Positions 1 through 10,777 of a DNA stretch of 64,000 nucleotides are shown piece by piece. The DNA is from Cryobacterium sp. Lineage in GTDB: Bacteria > Actinomycetota > Actinomycetes > Actinomycetales > Microbacteriaceae. The notes beneath the pieces were generated by a model, which ran no database searches, had not been told where the DNA came from, and worked only from the letters and a program-made list of their open reading frames with translations. The position numbers and the translations under genes are program-made. The stretch lies in assembly GCA_019638935.1 (NCBI GenBank), contig JAHBSW010000002.1:37968-101967 (forward strand). Reading direction: 5' to 3'. Every line of letters starts with the position of its first letter. Positions within the stretch are counted from its first letter, which is position 1.

Positions 1-759
1 GAGGATTCCGGCGAGCATGAGCGCCCACGGCCACCACTCGTCGGGGTTGAACTTGAGGAAGGTGAGCCCGCTCGTGATGAGCAGGAGAGCGATCGTGAGG
101 ATGGAGAAGCCGACCCAGTCGAGACTCCGGTTCGGGAGCGGATCGGATTCCGGCACACCGAACAGGATGACGAAGAACACGATGGTGACGGCGACCGCGG
201 GCACCATGAGGGTCGGGCTCACCGAGGTGGCGAGCGCGTCTTCGCCGCCGAAGGCGTCGAAGACGACGGAGCTGCCGAGTGCGCCGGCGATCGCACCGGC
301 TTCGAGGCCGACGATGAGCAGGCCGGCCGCCTTGCGGGTCGCCGAGGCGGCGTAACCGCTGCGGCGGCCCTTGTCGAAGATGAGGGCGATCTCGAGCGGC
401 AGCCACACGACGTAGAAGGCCTGGAGGGTCCACGCGACGAGAAAGCTCGTGAAGTCTCCCGCGAACGCGAGCCACCAGGTCGCTCCCGCCGTGAGCACGG
501 TCGAGACGAGCAGGATCTTCTTGTGCCCGTACATGTCGCCGAGCTTGGCGAGCAGCGGCACGACGAGTGCCGACAGCAGCAGCTGCGCGCCCTCGAAGAT
601 GTTGAAGTCGGCGTCCGCTATCTCGAGGTAGCGAACGAGGTCGGGGATGAGGGGAACGTAGAACCCCTGGAGGATGCCGCTCACGACCTCGACGAAGAAC
701 AGGAACCCGATCAGGCTGGCGGTGACCGCCCCTGACCTACCGCGCAGTGCTGACATCAT
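1..759 (-). CDS. MFS transporter, N-terminal part (C-terminus lies beyond the window start)
   Basis: Absent from the ORF track because it has no stop in the window. My reverse-complement translation from 759 reads MMSALRGRSGAVTASLIGFLFFVEVVSGILQGFYVPLIPDLVRYLEIADADFNIFEGAQLLLSALVVPLLAKLGDMYGHKKILLVSTVLTAGA. This shows hydrophobic helices plus the MFS loop motif G-D-x-x-G-x-K-K. The start is ATG 759 or 756. Confidence 0.75.
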   Translation of the reverse strand, partial: MMSALRGRSGAVTASLIGFLFFVEVVSGILQGFYVPLIPDLVRYLEIADADFNIFEGAQLLLSALVVPLLAKLGDMYGHKKILLVSTVLTAGATWWLAFAGDFTSFLVAWTLQAFYVVWLPLEIALIFDKGRRSGYAASATRKAAGLLIVGLEAGAIAGALGSSVVFDAFGGEDALATSVSPTLMVPAVAVTIVFFVILFGVPESDPLPNRSLDWVGFSILTIALLLITSGLTFLKFNPDEWWPWALMLAGIL

Positions 760-812
760 GATGGGGATGCTATCGGCTGGCAGGGCTTCGGCGCGCCCCC
801 TAAGCTCGGGAC

Positions 813-1493
813 ATGCCGGAGCGAAAGCCTCTCAGCGAACTCGTCGATCCGGGCTGGGCTGAGGCCCTGGAACCCGTCGCGGCGAATATTGCTGCTCTCG
901 GTGACATCCTGAGGGCTGAGGTCGCCGCGGGGCGCAGCTATCTTCCTGCGGGCGCGAACGTGCTGCGGGCCTTCACCCAGCCCTTTGCCGAGGTGCGCGT
1001 GCTCATCGTCGGGCAGGATCCGTACCCGACCCCGGGTCATGCGGTGGGGCTCGCGTTCTCGGTCGATCGTGCGGTGCGGCCCGTTCCGCGCAGCCTGCAG
1101 AACATCTACCGCGAGCTGCGTGACGATCTCGGTATCGAGCCGCCCGCGCACGGCGATCTCACTGCGTGGTCCCGCTCGGGTGTGCTCCTGCTCAACAGAG
1201 TGCTCACGGTGCGGCCCGGCGCCTCGGGCTCGCACCGCGGAATGGGGTGGGAGGCCGTCACGGAGCACGCCATCCGTGCCCTTGTCGCCCGCGGCGGGCC
1301 GCTGGTCTCGATTCTGTGGGGAAGGGATGCGGGCAGTCTCGAGCCGCTGCTGCGCAGCACGCCGGTCATCCGCTCTGCGCATCCCAGCCCGCTCTCCGCG
1401 CACAACGGGTTCTTCGGGTCGAAGCCGTTCTCGCGTGCGAACGCATTTCTCGAGGCGCAGGATTCCGCGCCGGTAGACTGGGGACTCGACTGA
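813..1493 (+). CDS. ung: uracil-DNA glycosylase, family 1
   Basis: 226 aa with the motif [22 protein letters not shown] (water-activating loop) and a C-terminal HPSPLSA motif, typical of actinobacterial Ung. Confidence 0.9.
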   Translation: MPERKPLSELVDPGWAEALEPVAANIAALGDILRAEVAAGRSYLPAGANVLRAFTQPFAEVRVLIVGQDPYPTPGHAVGLAFSVDRAVRPVPRSLQNIYRELRDDLGIEPPAHGDLTAWSRSGVLLLNRVLTVRPGASGSHRGMGWEAVTEHAIRALVARGGPLVSILWGRDAGSLEPLLRSTPVIRSAHPSPLSAHNGFFGSKPFSRANAFLEAQDSAPVDWGLD

Positions 1494-1531
1494 GCTGGAC
1501 ACACCGCCGATCCTTATGACAAGATTGTTCT

Positions 1532-2464
1532 ATGGCAACTAGCACAACCATCGAGATCACGGGACTGAGCAAGTCCTTCGGGTCCGTGCGCGCCGTCGAC
1601 AACGTGAGCTTCAGCGTTCGGCCCGGCGAGGTCACCGGATTCCTCGGCCCGAACGGTGCGGGCAAGACGACGACACTGCGCATGCTCCTCGGGCTCGTGA
1701 AGCCGACATCCGGAACCGCGACCATCGGCGGTACCCCCTATCGCGAGCTCGCACGCCCGCTTGCGACCGTCGGAACGGCGCTCGAAGCGTCGAGTTTTCA
1801 CCCCGGTCGCACCGCGCGAAACCACCTCGCGGTCTATGCGAGCGCTGCGGGCATTCCTCAGTCGCGCGTCGGTGCCGCCCTGACGCAGGTGGGCCTCGAC
1901 CAGTACGGCGACCGACGCGTCGGTGGCTACTCGCTCGGCATGCGCCAGCGTCTCGGCCTCGCGTTCGCACTGCTCGGCGACCCCCAGGTGCTCGTGCTCG
2001 ACGAACCCGTCAACGGACTCGACCCCGAGGGCATCCGCTGGATTCGCAACTTCCTGAAGAGCCTCGCGGCCGAGGGCCGCACGGTGCTCATCTCCTCGCA
2101 CCTGCTCAGCGAGGTGCAGCAGAGCGTCGACCGTCTCGTCATCATCTCGCGCGGTCGTCTCGTCTACGAAGGGATGCTCGCCGACTTCGGCGGCGACGCC
2201 CGCGTCAGCATCGACGCGCCGGATCGCGACGAACTCCGTGTCGCGCTCACGCGCGAAGCCATCGACTTCGCCACGACGGACAGCGGGTTCTCGGTGGCCG
2301 GGCGCACCGCCGAGGAGCTCGGCAGGCTCGCACTGGACGCGGGAGTGGCCCTGAGCAGGCTCAGCGCCGAGGGCACGCAGCTCGAAGCATCCTTCCTCGA
2401 ACTCGTCAGCGGAGGCGGTCTTGCCGCGGATGCCCCGACCGGCGACGAAGGGAGCGACCAGTGA
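1532..2464 (+). CDS. ABC transporter ATP-binding protein (ABC-2 type exporter)
   Basis: Walker A GPNGAGKTTT, signature YSLGMRQRLG, Walker B VLVLDEP. Its stop overlaps the next start (GTGA at 2461-2464). Confidence 0.9.
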   Translation: MATSTTIEITGLSKSFGSVRAVDNVSFSVRPGEVTGFLGPNGAGKTTTLRMLLGLVKPTSGTATIGGTPYRELARPLATVGTALEASSFHPGRTARNHLAVYASAAGIPQSRVGAALTQVGLDQYGDRRVGGYSLGMRQRLGLAFALLGDPQVLVLDEPVNGLDPEGIRWIRNFLKSLAAEGRTVLISSHLLSEVQQSVDRLVIISRGRLVYEGMLADFGGDARVSIDAPDRDELRVALTREAIDFATTDSGFSVAGRTAEELGRLALDAGVALSRLSAEGTQLEASFLELVSGGGLAADAPTGDEGSDQ

Positions 2465-3276
2465 CTCTCGTTCGCGCTATCTCCGCTGAGCTCCGCAAGC
2501 TCTTCTCCACGCGCATGTGGTGGGCGCTCGGACTCATCCTCTTCGGCTATGTCGCCTTCACCGCGAGCGTGCTCGCCTTCGTCTTCGGTGCGATGGGCGA
2601 GCAGCTGGCCGAGGCCGGCCAGCCGGCGCCGACCGACCTCGCCCCCGTGATCTACAGCATCGCGTCGACGATCGGCTACGTGTTCCCCGTGCTGCTCGGT
2701 GCGCTCGTCACGACGGCCGAGTTCCGGCACCAGACTCTCACGCCGACGTTCCTCGCCACACCGAAGCGCGGCAACGTGCTGGGCGCCAAGGCGCTCGTCA
2801 TGCTCGTCGCCGGCGCCCTCTTCGGTGTCATCGGGCTCGTCGGCTCGATGGGAACGGGTTCCCCCATCCTCGGGCTCACCGGCCTCGACACCGAACTGGG
2901 CAGCGCTGACACCTGGGCTCTCGCGGGTCGTGTCGTCATCGCGATGGCGCTGTGGGCCGTGATCGGAGTGGGCCTTGGCGCGCTGATCCCGAGTCAGGTC
3001 GCCGCGATCGTCGTGGTCATCGCCTTCACGCAGTTCCTCGAACCGATTCTGCGGCTCGCGCCCACGGTCGCCGAGTGGACCGGCGACATCGTCAAGTTCC
3101 TGCCCGGAGCCGCAAGCGACGCGCTGGTGGGCGCGAGCTTCTACTCGTCCATCGCAGGGTCGGCGGGGGCGACCGTGTCACTCGACTGGTGGCAAGGGGG
3201 TCTTGTGCTGGCCGGGATCGCCGTCGTGCTGCTCGGCATCGGCTCGCTCACGACCTGGCGCAAAGACGTAACGTAG
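2461..3276 (+). CDS. ABC-2 family transporter permease
   Basis: 271 aa with about 6 hydrophobic helices, translationally coupled to the preceding ATPase. Confidence 0.8.
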   Translation: MTLVRAISAELRKLFSTRMWWALGLILFGYVAFTASVLAFVFGAMGEQLAEAGQPAPTDLAPVIYSIASTIGYVFPVLLGALVTTAEFRHQTLTPTFLATPKRGNVLGAKALVMLVAGALFGVIGLVGSMGTGSPILGLTGLDTELGSADTWALAGRVVIAMALWAVIGVGLGALIPSQVAAIVVVIAFTQFLEPILRLAPTVAEWTGDIVKFLPGAASDALVGASFYSSIAGSAGATVSLDWWQGGLVLAGIAVVLLGIGSLTTWRKDVT

Positions 3277-3280
3277 AAGG

Positions 3281-4474
3281 GTGCCGGTCTACCTCGATCA
3301 CGCGGCGACCACGCCGATGCTTCCCGAAGCGATCGCGGCGTACACCGAAGCGCTCTCGCTCGTGGGCAACCCCTCGTCGATCCACAGCGCGGGGCAGAAC
3401 GCGAAACGGATGCTGGAGGAGGCGCGCGAGCACGTCGCCGCGTCGATCGGGGCAGACCCCATCGAGATCGTCTTCACCTCGGGCGGCACCGAGTCGATCA
3501 ACCTCGCCGTCAAGGGGCTCTTCTGGGCACGGAACTCCCCTCTTCGCGGCGGACGCGTATCGAGACCCGGTCCCCGACCCCGCATCCTCGTGCCCCGCGG
3601 TGAGCACCATGCCACCCTCGACACCGTGGAGTGGCTCGAGCAGCACGAGGGTGCGATCGTCGAGTGGCTGCCGCTCGACGAGCTCGGCCGCGTGCGAGTC
3701 GACGCCGTCGAGGCCGCGTTGGCGGCACACGACGACATCGCCCTGCTGACGTTCCTCTGGGCGAACAACGAGGTCGGCACGATTCAACCGCTGGCCGAGC
3801 TCGTCGCGCTCGCCGAAGCGCACTCGGTTCCCGTGCACGTCGACGCGGTCTCGGCGCTGGGGCATCTGCCGATCGATTTCGCGGCATCCGGAATCACCGC
3901 TCTCTCGATCTCGGCGCACAAGGTGGGCGGGCCGCTCGGCATGGGTGCGCTCGCGCTCGCGCGCGCGGCGACGGTCGAGCCGCTCATTCACGGCGGCGGG
4001 CAGCAGCGGCGGGTGCGCTCGGGCACGCAGGATGCTCCGGGTGCCGTCGCGTTCGGGGTCGCCGTGCGGCAGCCGCTGCTCGATCACACTGAACTGCGCG
4101 ACCGCCTCATCGCGGGCGTGCGCTCGGCGGTGCCCGAGGCGGTGTTGCGGGGCGACCCGGTCGATCGGCTGTCGACGAACGCGCACTTCACCTTTCCCGG
4201 TTGCGAGGGCGACTCCCTGCTCTTCCTGCTCGACGCCGCGGGCGTTGCGGTGAGCACGGGCTCGGCGTGTCAGGCGGGGGTGCCGGAGGCGAGCCACGTG
4301 CTGCTCGGCATGGGGCTCGGCGAGGCCGAGGCGCGCGGGGCGCTGCGGTTCACCCTCGGCCACACGTCGACGCAGGCGGATGTCGATGCGCTGCTGGCCG
4401 CGCTTCCCGAGGCATACGAGCGGGCCGCGCGCGCGGGCCACTCCGATCGCTCGACCACCCTGGGCCAGGCGTAG
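3281..4474 (+). CDS. cysteine desulfurase (NifS/IscS class V aminotransferase)
   Basis: PLP-lysine motif [14 protein letters not shown] and active-site loop STGSACQAG. It sits directly upstream of mnmA. Confidence 0.88.
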   Translation: MPVYLDHAATTPMLPEAIAAYTEALSLVGNPSSIHSAGQNAKRMLEEAREHVAASIGADPIEIVFTSGGTESINLAVKGLFWARNSPLRGGRVSRPGPRPRILVPRGEHHATLDTVEWLEQHEGAIVEWLPLDELGRVRVDAVEAALAAHDDIALLTFLWANNEVGTIQPLAELVALAEAHSVPVHVDAVSALGHLPIDFAASGITALSISAHKVGGPLGMGALALARAATVEPLIHGGGQQRRVRSGTQDAPGAVAFGVAVRQPLLDHTELRDRLIAGVRSAVPEAVLRGDPVDRLSTNAHFTFPGCEGDSLLFLLDAAGVAVSTGSACQAGVPEASHVLLGMGLGEAEARGALRFTLGHTSTQADVDALLAALPEAYERAARAGHSDRSTTLGQA

Positions 4475-4502
4475 TCCAGACGCCTCGCCCTACACTTGTC
4501 GG

Positions 4503-5633
4503 GTGAAGGTTCTTGCAGCGATGAGTGGTGGGGTCGACTCCGCGGTCGCCGCCGCGCGCGCGGTCGACGCGGGGCACGAGGTCGTCGGCGTGCACCTCGC
4601 CCTCAGCCGCATGCCGGGAACCCTGCGCACGGGCAGCCGCGGCTGCTGCACCATCGAGGACTCGATGGATGCCCAGCGCGCCGCGAACCTGATCGGCATC
4701 CCGTACTACGTCTGGGACTTCTCCGAGCGCTTCAAGCTCGACGTCGTCGACGACTTCGTCGCCGAGTACGCGGCCGGACGCACCCCCAACCCGTGCCTGC
4801 GCTGCAACGAGAAGATCAAGTTCGCGGCACTGCTCGAGAAGGCGCTCGACCTGGGCTTCGACGCCGTCGTCACGGGCCACTACGCCAACGTCGTCACCGA
4901 CGAGAATGGTGATCGCGAGCTGCACCGCGCCGCCGACTGGGCCAAGGACCAGTCCTACGTGCTCGGCGTGCTCACGGCCGAGCAGCTGGCACACAGCATG
5001 TTCCCGCTCGGCACGACGCCCTCGAAGGCCGAGGTGCGCGCCGAGGCCGCCGCCCGCGGCTTCAGCGTCGCGACCAAGCCCGACAGCCACGACATCTGCT
5101 TCATCCCCGACGGTGACACCCGCGGCTGGCTCGCCGACCGTCTCCGGGCGGAACGGGGCGACATCCTCGACCGCTCTGGCGCTGTGCTCGGCCAGCACGA
5201 GGGCGCGCACGCGTTCACGATCGGGCAGCGCAAGGGACTGAACATCGGCTACCCCGCCGACGATGGCAAGCCGCGCTTCGTGCTCGAGGTGCGGCCCAAG
5301 ACCAACGAGGTCGTCGTCGGGCCGCGCGAGGCGCTCGACATCGCCGAGTTCGCGGGCAGCAGATACTCCTGGGCGGGGCTCGAGCCCGACTACGCGCGCG
5401 AGCCCTTCGCCTGCGAGGTGCAGATTCGCGCCCACGCCGACCCTGTGCCGGCCACGGCTCAGCTCGTCGACTTCGAGCGGGATGGCGAGCACGGCACCGA
5501 GTTGCTCCTCACCCCCGATGCTCCGCTCGGCTCGGTCTCGCCGGGCCAGTCCGCGGTGGTCTACGTCGGCACCCGCGTGCTCGGACAGTGCACCATCGAT
5601 CGCACGGTCTCGGCCGTGCCCGCCACGGCGTAG
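4503..5633 (+). CDS. mnmA: tRNA 2-thiouridine(34) synthase MnmA
   Basis: PP-loop [15 protein letters not shown] and RCNEKIKF motif. I place the start at the in-frame GTG 4503 ([10 protein letters not shown]) rather than the track start 4380, which would overlap the desulfurase. Confidence 0.88.
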   Translation: MKVLAAMSGGVDSAVAAARAVDAGHEVVGVHLALSRMPGTLRTGSRGCCTIEDSMDAQRAANLIGIPYYVWDFSERFKLDVVDDFVAEYAAGRTPNPCLRCNEKIKFAALLEKALDLGFDAVVTGHYANVVTDENGDRELHRAADWAKDQSYVLGVLTAEQLAHSMFPLGTTPSKAEVRAEAAARGFSVATKPDSHDICFIPDGDTRGWLADRLRAERGDILDRSGAVLGQHEGAHAFTIGQRKGLNIGYPADDGKPRFVLEVRPKTNEVVVGPREALDIAEFAGSRYSWAGLEPDYAREPFACEVQIRAHADPVPATAQLVDFERDGEHGTELLLTPDAPLGSVSPGQSAVVYVGTRVLGQCTIDRTVSAVPATA

Positions 5634-5668
5634 GGGCAGCTCCCCGCATCCGGAGCCCCGATATCACC

Positions 5669-5722
5669 GAACGACGCCAGGTTGCCGTTCATTGCGCCAT
5701 GAACAGCAACCTGGCGTCGTTC
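5669..5722. terminator. long imperfect hairpin between mnmA and lysA (24-nt arms, 6-nt loop, one mismatch)
   Basis: GAACGACGCCAGGTTGCCGTTCAT tgcgcc ATGAACAGCAACCTGGCGTCGTTC read directly. It starts 36 nt after the mnmA stop and has no U-tract. Confidence 0.4.
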
Positions 5723-5800
5723 GAGGGGGTCGCTGCAGCGGCGATAGACTCGAACCCGGCCACAAGCCGTTTCGCACATCCGCCGAGTTCTGAGGTTCCT

Positions 5801-7237
5801 GTGACCGCCAACCCTCTCGCTCCCGCGTGGCTCGACGTACCCGCCAACGCGAATGCGCTTGCGCCGCACGTATGGCCACCGCATGCGAGCCGCGATGGCG
5901 GCGAGCTGAGCATCGCGGGCGTCACGGCCACCGCGCTCGCGAGCAAGTTCGGAACTCCGCTCTACGTCATCGACGAGCAGGCCGTGCGCGACCGTGCCCG
6001 CGAGGCGCACGAGGCGTTCACGAACGAGCTGGCGGCGCGCGGCGGCAGCGCCAAGGTCTACTACGCGGGCAAGGCCTTTCTCTCGGCGGAAATCGCCCGC
6101 TGGGTGAGCGAGGCCGGGCTGCACGTCGACGTGTGCACGGGCGGCGAGCTCGCCGTCGCGCTCGCCGCGGGCGTCGCCCCCGAGCGCATCGGTTTTCACG
6201 GCAACAACAAGTCGCTGCGCGAGATCGATCGGGCGGTCGAGGCGGGCACGGGCACGATCGTCATCGACAGCCTCATCGAGATCGTCCGCGTCGCCGAGGC
6301 GGCGAGCCGGCACGGCCGAACGCAGAAGGTGCGCCTTCGCGTCAACAGCGGCGTCAATGCGCACACTCACGAGTACCTGTCGACCGCCCTGCAGGACCAG
6401 AAGTTCGGCATCCGTCTCACGGATGTGCCCGCCGCCGTCGCGCATATCCGCGAGCATGCGAGTCTCGACTTCATCGGGCTGCACTCGCACATCGGCTCGC
6501 AGATCTTCGACACCGAGGCCTTCGCCGAGGCCGCCCGTCGCCTGCTCGAGGTTCACGCCGAGCTCGCCGTTGCCGCACCGGTGCCCGAGCTCAATCTCGG
6601 CGGCGGCTACGGCATCGCCTACACGAGCAACGAGAGAGCGCCCTCGCTCACGACCATCGCCGCCCAGCTTGCCGAGATCGTGGCCGCTGAGTGCGAGCGG
6701 CTCGACATCCCGCTGCCCGTGCTCGCGGTCGAACCCGGTCGCGCGATCGTCGCCGCCGCGGGGGTGACGCTCTATGAGGTCGGCACAATCAAAGACGTCG
6801 AGGTGACCGCGGGGGCGACGATGACGGATGCGGCGGCGACGGATGCCGTGACCGCCGTTCGCCGCTACGTGAGCGTCGACGGCGGCATGAGTGACAATGC
6901 TCGCACGGCCCTCTACGCGGCCGACTACACGGTGCGCATCGCGAACCGAACCACGGACGCCCCGGCAGCGCTCGTGCGCGTCGCCGGCAAGCACTGCGAG
7001 AGCGGGGACATCGTCGTGCGAGACGACTACCTTCCCGCCGATGTCGCGCCGGGCGACCTGCTCGCGGTGGCAGCAACGGGCGCCTACTGCTTCTCGCTCG
7101 CGAGCAACTACAACCACCTCGGTCGTCCGCCCGTCGTTGCGGTGAAGGACGGTCGCGCGCGCGTGATCGTGCGCGGTGAGACCGAAGCCGACCTGCTCGC
7201 ACGCGACGCGGGAATCACGAGTGAAGGAGCACGATGA
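5801..7237 (+). CDS. lysA: diaminopimelate decarboxylase
   Basis: Motifs YAGKAF (PLP lysine), HSHIGSQ and CESGD. Start taken at in-frame GTG 5801 (VTANPLAPAWL), because the track start 5588 would run through the mnmA 3' end and the hairpin. Confidence 0.88.
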   Translation: MTANPLAPAWLDVPANANALAPHVWPPHASRDGGELSIAGVTATALASKFGTPLYVIDEQAVRDRAREAHEAFTNELAARGGSAKVYYAGKAFLSAEIARWVSEAGLHVDVCTGGELAVALAAGVAPERIGFHGNNKSLREIDRAVEAGTGTIVIDSLIEIVRVAEAASRHGRTQKVRLRVNSGVNAHTHEYLSTALQDQKFGIRLTDVPAAVAHIREHASLDFIGLHSHIGSQIFDTEAFAEAARRLLEVHAELAVAAPVPELNLGGGYGIAYTSNERAPSLTTIAAQLAEIVAAECERLDIPLPVLAVEPGRAIVAAAGVTLYEVGTIKDVEVTAGATMTDAAATDAVTAVRRYVSVDGGMSDNARTALYAADYTVRIANRTTDAPAALVRVAGKHCESGDIVVRDDYLPADVAPGDLLAVAATGAYCFSLASNYNHLGRPPVVAVKDGRARVIVRGETEADLLARDAGITSEGAR

Positions 7238-8586
7238 TCGAGTATCGCAACCTGCGAGTGGCCCTGCTCGGGGCGGGAAACGTCGGAGCCCAGGTGGCAT
7301 CGATGCTGCTCGAGCACGGCACGGAACTCGCGGAGCGCGCCGGCGCAGGCCTCGAGCTCGTCGGCATCGCCGTGCGCGACCCCCGGGCGAAGCGTCACGC
7401 CGAGCTGCCGAGCGAGCTCTTCACGACCGACGCCGAGCAGCTCATCGCCGGAGCCGACATCGTCATCGAGCTCATGGGCGGGCTCGAGCCCGCGCGCAGC
7501 CACATTCTGCACGCGCTCAACTCGGGTGCCGACGTCATCACGGGCAACAAGGCACTGCTCGCCACGCACGGCGCCGAGTTGTTCGAGACCGCCGAGCAGG
7601 TGGGTGCCCAGCTCTACTACGAGGCCGCTGTCGCCGGAGCCATCCCGATCATCCGACCGCTGCGCGAGAGCCTCGCGGGCGACCACATCACCCGCATCAT
7701 GGGCATCGTCAACGGGACGACGAACTTCATCCTCGACCGCATGTCTCGTCTCGGCGAGACTCAGGAGCAGGCGCTCGCGGTCGCGACCGAGCTCGGCTAC
7801 GCCGAGGCCGACCCCACCGCCGATGTCGACGGATTCGACGCGGCGCAGAAGGCCGCGATCCTCGCCGGGCTCGCCTTCCACACGAACGTTCCGCTCGAGT
7901 CGGTCTACCGCGAGGGCATTCGCGGCATCACGCTCGAGCAGGTCGAGAGCGCCGCCCGCGCGGGGCACGTGCTCAAGCTGCTCGCCATCTGCGAGCGCAT
8001 CGAGGCCGCTGACGGCTCCGAGGGAGTCTCCGCGCGCGTCTACCCGGCGCTGATCCCCGACTCGCACCCGCTCGCCGCCGTTCACGGCGCCAAGAACGCC
8101 GTCTTCATCGAGGCGGATGCCGCCGGTGACCTCATGTTCTACGGTGCCGGCGCCGGAGGGCGAGAGACGGCGTCCGCCGTGCTGGGCGACGTCGTCTCGG
8201 CCGCGCGCCGTCACGTCATCGGGGGACCGGGCATCGCCGAGTCCCACGGTGCGACGGTCACTGTTCTGCCGATCGACCAGATCGTCACGCGCTACAGCGT
8301 TCGGCTGCGGGTCAACGACCGTCCCGGCGTGCTCGCGACGGTCGCGACCGTGTTCGCCGAGCACGGGGTCTCGGTCGAAACCGTCGAGCAGACCGTCGCC
8401 CATCCCGACGCTGAGCTGGGCGACGTGCTCGCTGACGCGGTGCCGGGCGAGTCCGGCTCGACGGCTACCCTGGTCATTGGCACCCACCGCGCTGCCGAAG
8501 CCGCGCTCGCGGCGACCGTCACGGCTCTCGCGGCCAACGACGCGGTGCGTGCAGTGGATTCGGTGCTTCGAGTGGAAGGTATCTAA
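7234..8586 (+). CDS. hom: homoserine dehydrogenase
   Basis: N-terminal Rossmann motif [13 protein letters not shown], then [11 protein letters not shown] and a C-terminal ACT-like region. ATGA overlap with the lysA stop. Confidence 0.92.
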   Translation: MIEYRNLRVALLGAGNVGAQVASMLLEHGTELAERAGAGLELVGIAVRDPRAKRHAELPSELFTTDAEQLIAGADIVIELMGGLEPARSHILHALNSGADVITGNKALLATHGAELFETAEQVGAQLYYEAAVAGAIPIIRPLRESLAGDHITRIMGIVNGTTNFILDRMSRLGETQEQALAVATELGYAEADPTADVDGFDAAQKAAILAGLAFHTNVPLESVYREGIRGITLEQVESAARAGHVLKLLAICERIEAADGSEGVSARVYPALIPDSHPLAAVHGAKNAVFIEADAAGDLMFYGAGAGGRETASAVLGDVVSAARRHVIGGPGIAESHGATVTVLPIDQIVTRYSVRLRVNDRPGVLATVATVFAEHGVSVETVEQTVAHPDAELGDVLADAVPGESGSTATLVIGTHRAAEAALAATVTALAANDAVRAVDSVLRVEGI

Positions 8587-9662
8587 TGGCCCACCTGTGG
8601 CGCGGGGTGCTGCGCGAATACGCGGACCGTCTTGACATCAGCGAGGCGACCCCGATCGTCACGCTCGGCGAGGGCGGCACGCCCCTCATTCCCGCCGACG
8701 CACTCTCCCGCCGTACCGGTGCGAAGGTGTGGGTCAAGTTCGAGGGCATGAACCCCACCGGCTCGTTCAAGGACCGCGGCATGACGATGGCGATCTCCAA
8801 GGCCGTCGAGCACGGGGCGAAGGCCGTCATCTGCGCGTCGACCGGCAACACCTCGGCCTCGGCCGCCGCCTACGCGACCCACGCGGGGATCACCGCCGCA
8901 GTGCTCGTTCCCGAGGGCAAGATCGCGATGGGCAAGCTCAGCCAGGCGATCGCCCATAACGGGCAGCTGCTGCAGGTGCAGGGCAACTTCGACGACTGTC
9001 TCGACATTGCGCGCGAACTCGCTGAGAGCTACCCCGTTCACCTCGTCAACTCGGTCAACCCCGACCGCATCGAGGGCCAGAAGACGGCGGCGTTCGAGGT
9101 CGTCGACGTGCTCGGCGATGCTCCCGACTTCCACATCGTGCCCGTCGGCAACGCGGGCAACTACACGGCCTACCACCGCGGCTACGGCGAAGAGCTCGCG
9201 CGCGGCGCGAGCACGAGACTGCCCCGGATGTTCGGCTTCCAGGCTGCGGGCAGCGCCCCCATCGTGACGGGCGAGATCGTGAGGAACCCGGAGACGATTG
9301 CGAGTGCCATCCGCATCGGCAAGCCCGCATCCTGGGAGCTCGCGATCGCGGCCCGCGAGAACAGCGACGGCTACTTCGGCGCGATCAGCGACGAGAAGAT
9401 CCTCGAGGCGCACCGCATCCTGTCGGCCGAGGTCGGCATCTTCGTCGAGCCGGCATCCGCGATCAGCGTGGCGGGGCTGCTCGAGCGTGCCGACGCCGGT
9501 GTCATCGGCAAGGGTGCCACGGTCGTGCTCACGGTGACCGGCCACGGTCTCAAAGACCCGCAGTGGGCGCTGCGTCGGCCCGACGGCGGCGAGGTCGAGC
9601 CCACGATCGTTCCCGTCGACACCGCCGAGGTCGCCTCGGTGCTCGGCCTCGAGCGGGGCTAG
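8586..9662 (+). CDS. thrC: threonine synthase
   Basis: PLP-lysine motif [16 protein letters not shown] overlap with the hom stop. Confidence 0.92.
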   Translation: MAHLWRGVLREYADRLDISEATPIVTLGEGGTPLIPADALSRRTGAKVWVKFEGMNPTGSFKDRGMTMAISKAVEHGAKAVICASTGNTSASAAAYATHAGITAAVLVPEGKIAMGKLSQAIAHNGQLLQVQGNFDDCLDIARELAESYPVHLVNSVNPDRIEGQKTAAFEVVDVLGDAPDFHIVPVGNAGNYTAYHRGYGEELARGASTRLPRMFGFQAAGSAPIVTGEIVRNPETIASAIRIGKPASWELAIAARENSDGYFGAISDEKILEAHRILSAEVGIFVEPASAISVAGLLERADAGVIGKGATVVLTVTGHGLKDPQWALRRPDGGEVEPTIVPVDTAEVASVLGLERG

Positions 9663-10616
9663 ATGTCGCGTTCGTCACCCCGTGCCGCCGTGGGCCGTCG
9701 AGTCGATGTCAAGGTTCCCGCCACGTCGGCGAACCTCGGCCCCGGCTTCGACTCGCTCGGTCTCGCGCTCTCGCTCTACAGCGAGGTCACGGCGACCGTG
9801 CGCGATCAGCCGGGCGCGACGGTCGTGATCCACGGAGTGGGCGAGGGAGAGCTGCCCACCGACGAGTCGAACCTCATCGTGCGCACCATTGCGACAGTGT
9901 TCGAGTCGGTGGGTCGTGAGCTTCCCGGCCTCGACGTCGTCGCGACCAACAGCATCCCCCACGGACGCGGTCTCGGTTCGTCGGGTGCGGCGATCGTGTC
10001 GGGGGTCATGGCGGCCAAGGGGCTGCTCGACGGAGACGTCGACTTCGACTCGCAGCAGCTGCTCGCGATCGCGAGCGAGCTCGAGGGGCACCCCGACAAC
10101 GTCGCGCCGGCCCTCTTCGGGGGCATGACGATCGCGTGGAGCGCCGACGACGGCCCGCAGTTCAAGAAGCTCACCGTGCACCGGGGCGTCTCGCCCCTCG
10201 TCTGCGTCCCCGAGCAGACGATGTCGACCGAGGTCGCCCGCGGTCTGCGACCCGAGAGCGTGTCGCACGAGGATGCCGCGTTCAACGTCTCTCGCTCTGC
10301 GCTCCTCGTCGCGGCTCTCGTTCAGAGCCCCGAGCTGCTCTTTGCCGCGACCGAGGACCGCCTGCACCAGAGCTACCGCGCCGTCGCGATGCCCGAGACC
10401 GAGTCGCTGCTCGCCGCCCTGCGTGACGCAGGACACGCGGCCGTCGTCTCGGGAAGCGGTCCGTCCGTGCTCGTGCTCTGCAGCGACCCCGCTGAGCGGC
10501 TCGCCGCCGCGGAACTCGTCGCGGGGCACGGCCGCACACCGTGGCAGTCGCTCATGCTCGCCGTCGACTTCAAAGGTGCTACAGTGAATGTGCTCCCGGT
10601 AGACGACTCCGACTGA
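9663..10616 (+). CDS. thrB: homoserine kinase
   Basis: GHMP kinase motifs PATSANLGPGFD and IPHGRGLGSSGAA. The start abuts the thrC stop. Confidence 0.92.
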   Translation: MSRSSPRAAVGRRVDVKVPATSANLGPGFDSLGLALSLYSEVTATVRDQPGATVVIHGVGEGELPTDESNLIVRTIATVFESVGRELPGLDVVATNSIPHGRGLGSSGAAIVSGVMAAKGLLDGDVDFDSQQLLAIASELEGHPDNVAPALFGGMTIAWSADDGPQFKKLTVHRGVSPLVCVPEQTMSTEVARGLRPESVSHEDAAFNVSRSALLVAALVQSPELLFAATEDRLHQSYRAVAMPETESLLAALRDAGHAAVVSGSGPSVLVLCSDPAERLAAAELVAGHGRTPWQSLMLAVDFKGATVNVLPVDDSD

Positions 10617-10777
10617 TTCAGCGGAAACTCCCGGTGAGCTCCATCAACAGCCTCACCTCAATCCTCCCGCTGTGTGCCTCCGTGCCAAGGCTCGAGAACC
10701 GAGGCGGCGACAAGCTCCGCTGCTCGACGTAGCGCACCGTTTTGTGCGAGTCGTGTCAGGGGAAGGAATCCTCTTAA

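Noticed and set aside
5561-7300. 579-aa ORF on the minus strand across lysA
   Set aside because: It lies antisense to a gene with clear family motifs. Long stop-free antisense frames are expected in DNA this GC-rich, and the translation is Arg/Gly/Ala/His-rich with no recognisable motif. The same reasoning applies to 7108..8487, 8583..9545, 9675..10529, 10658..11554, 12808..14061, 16026..17036, 21044..22018 and 22766..23569.
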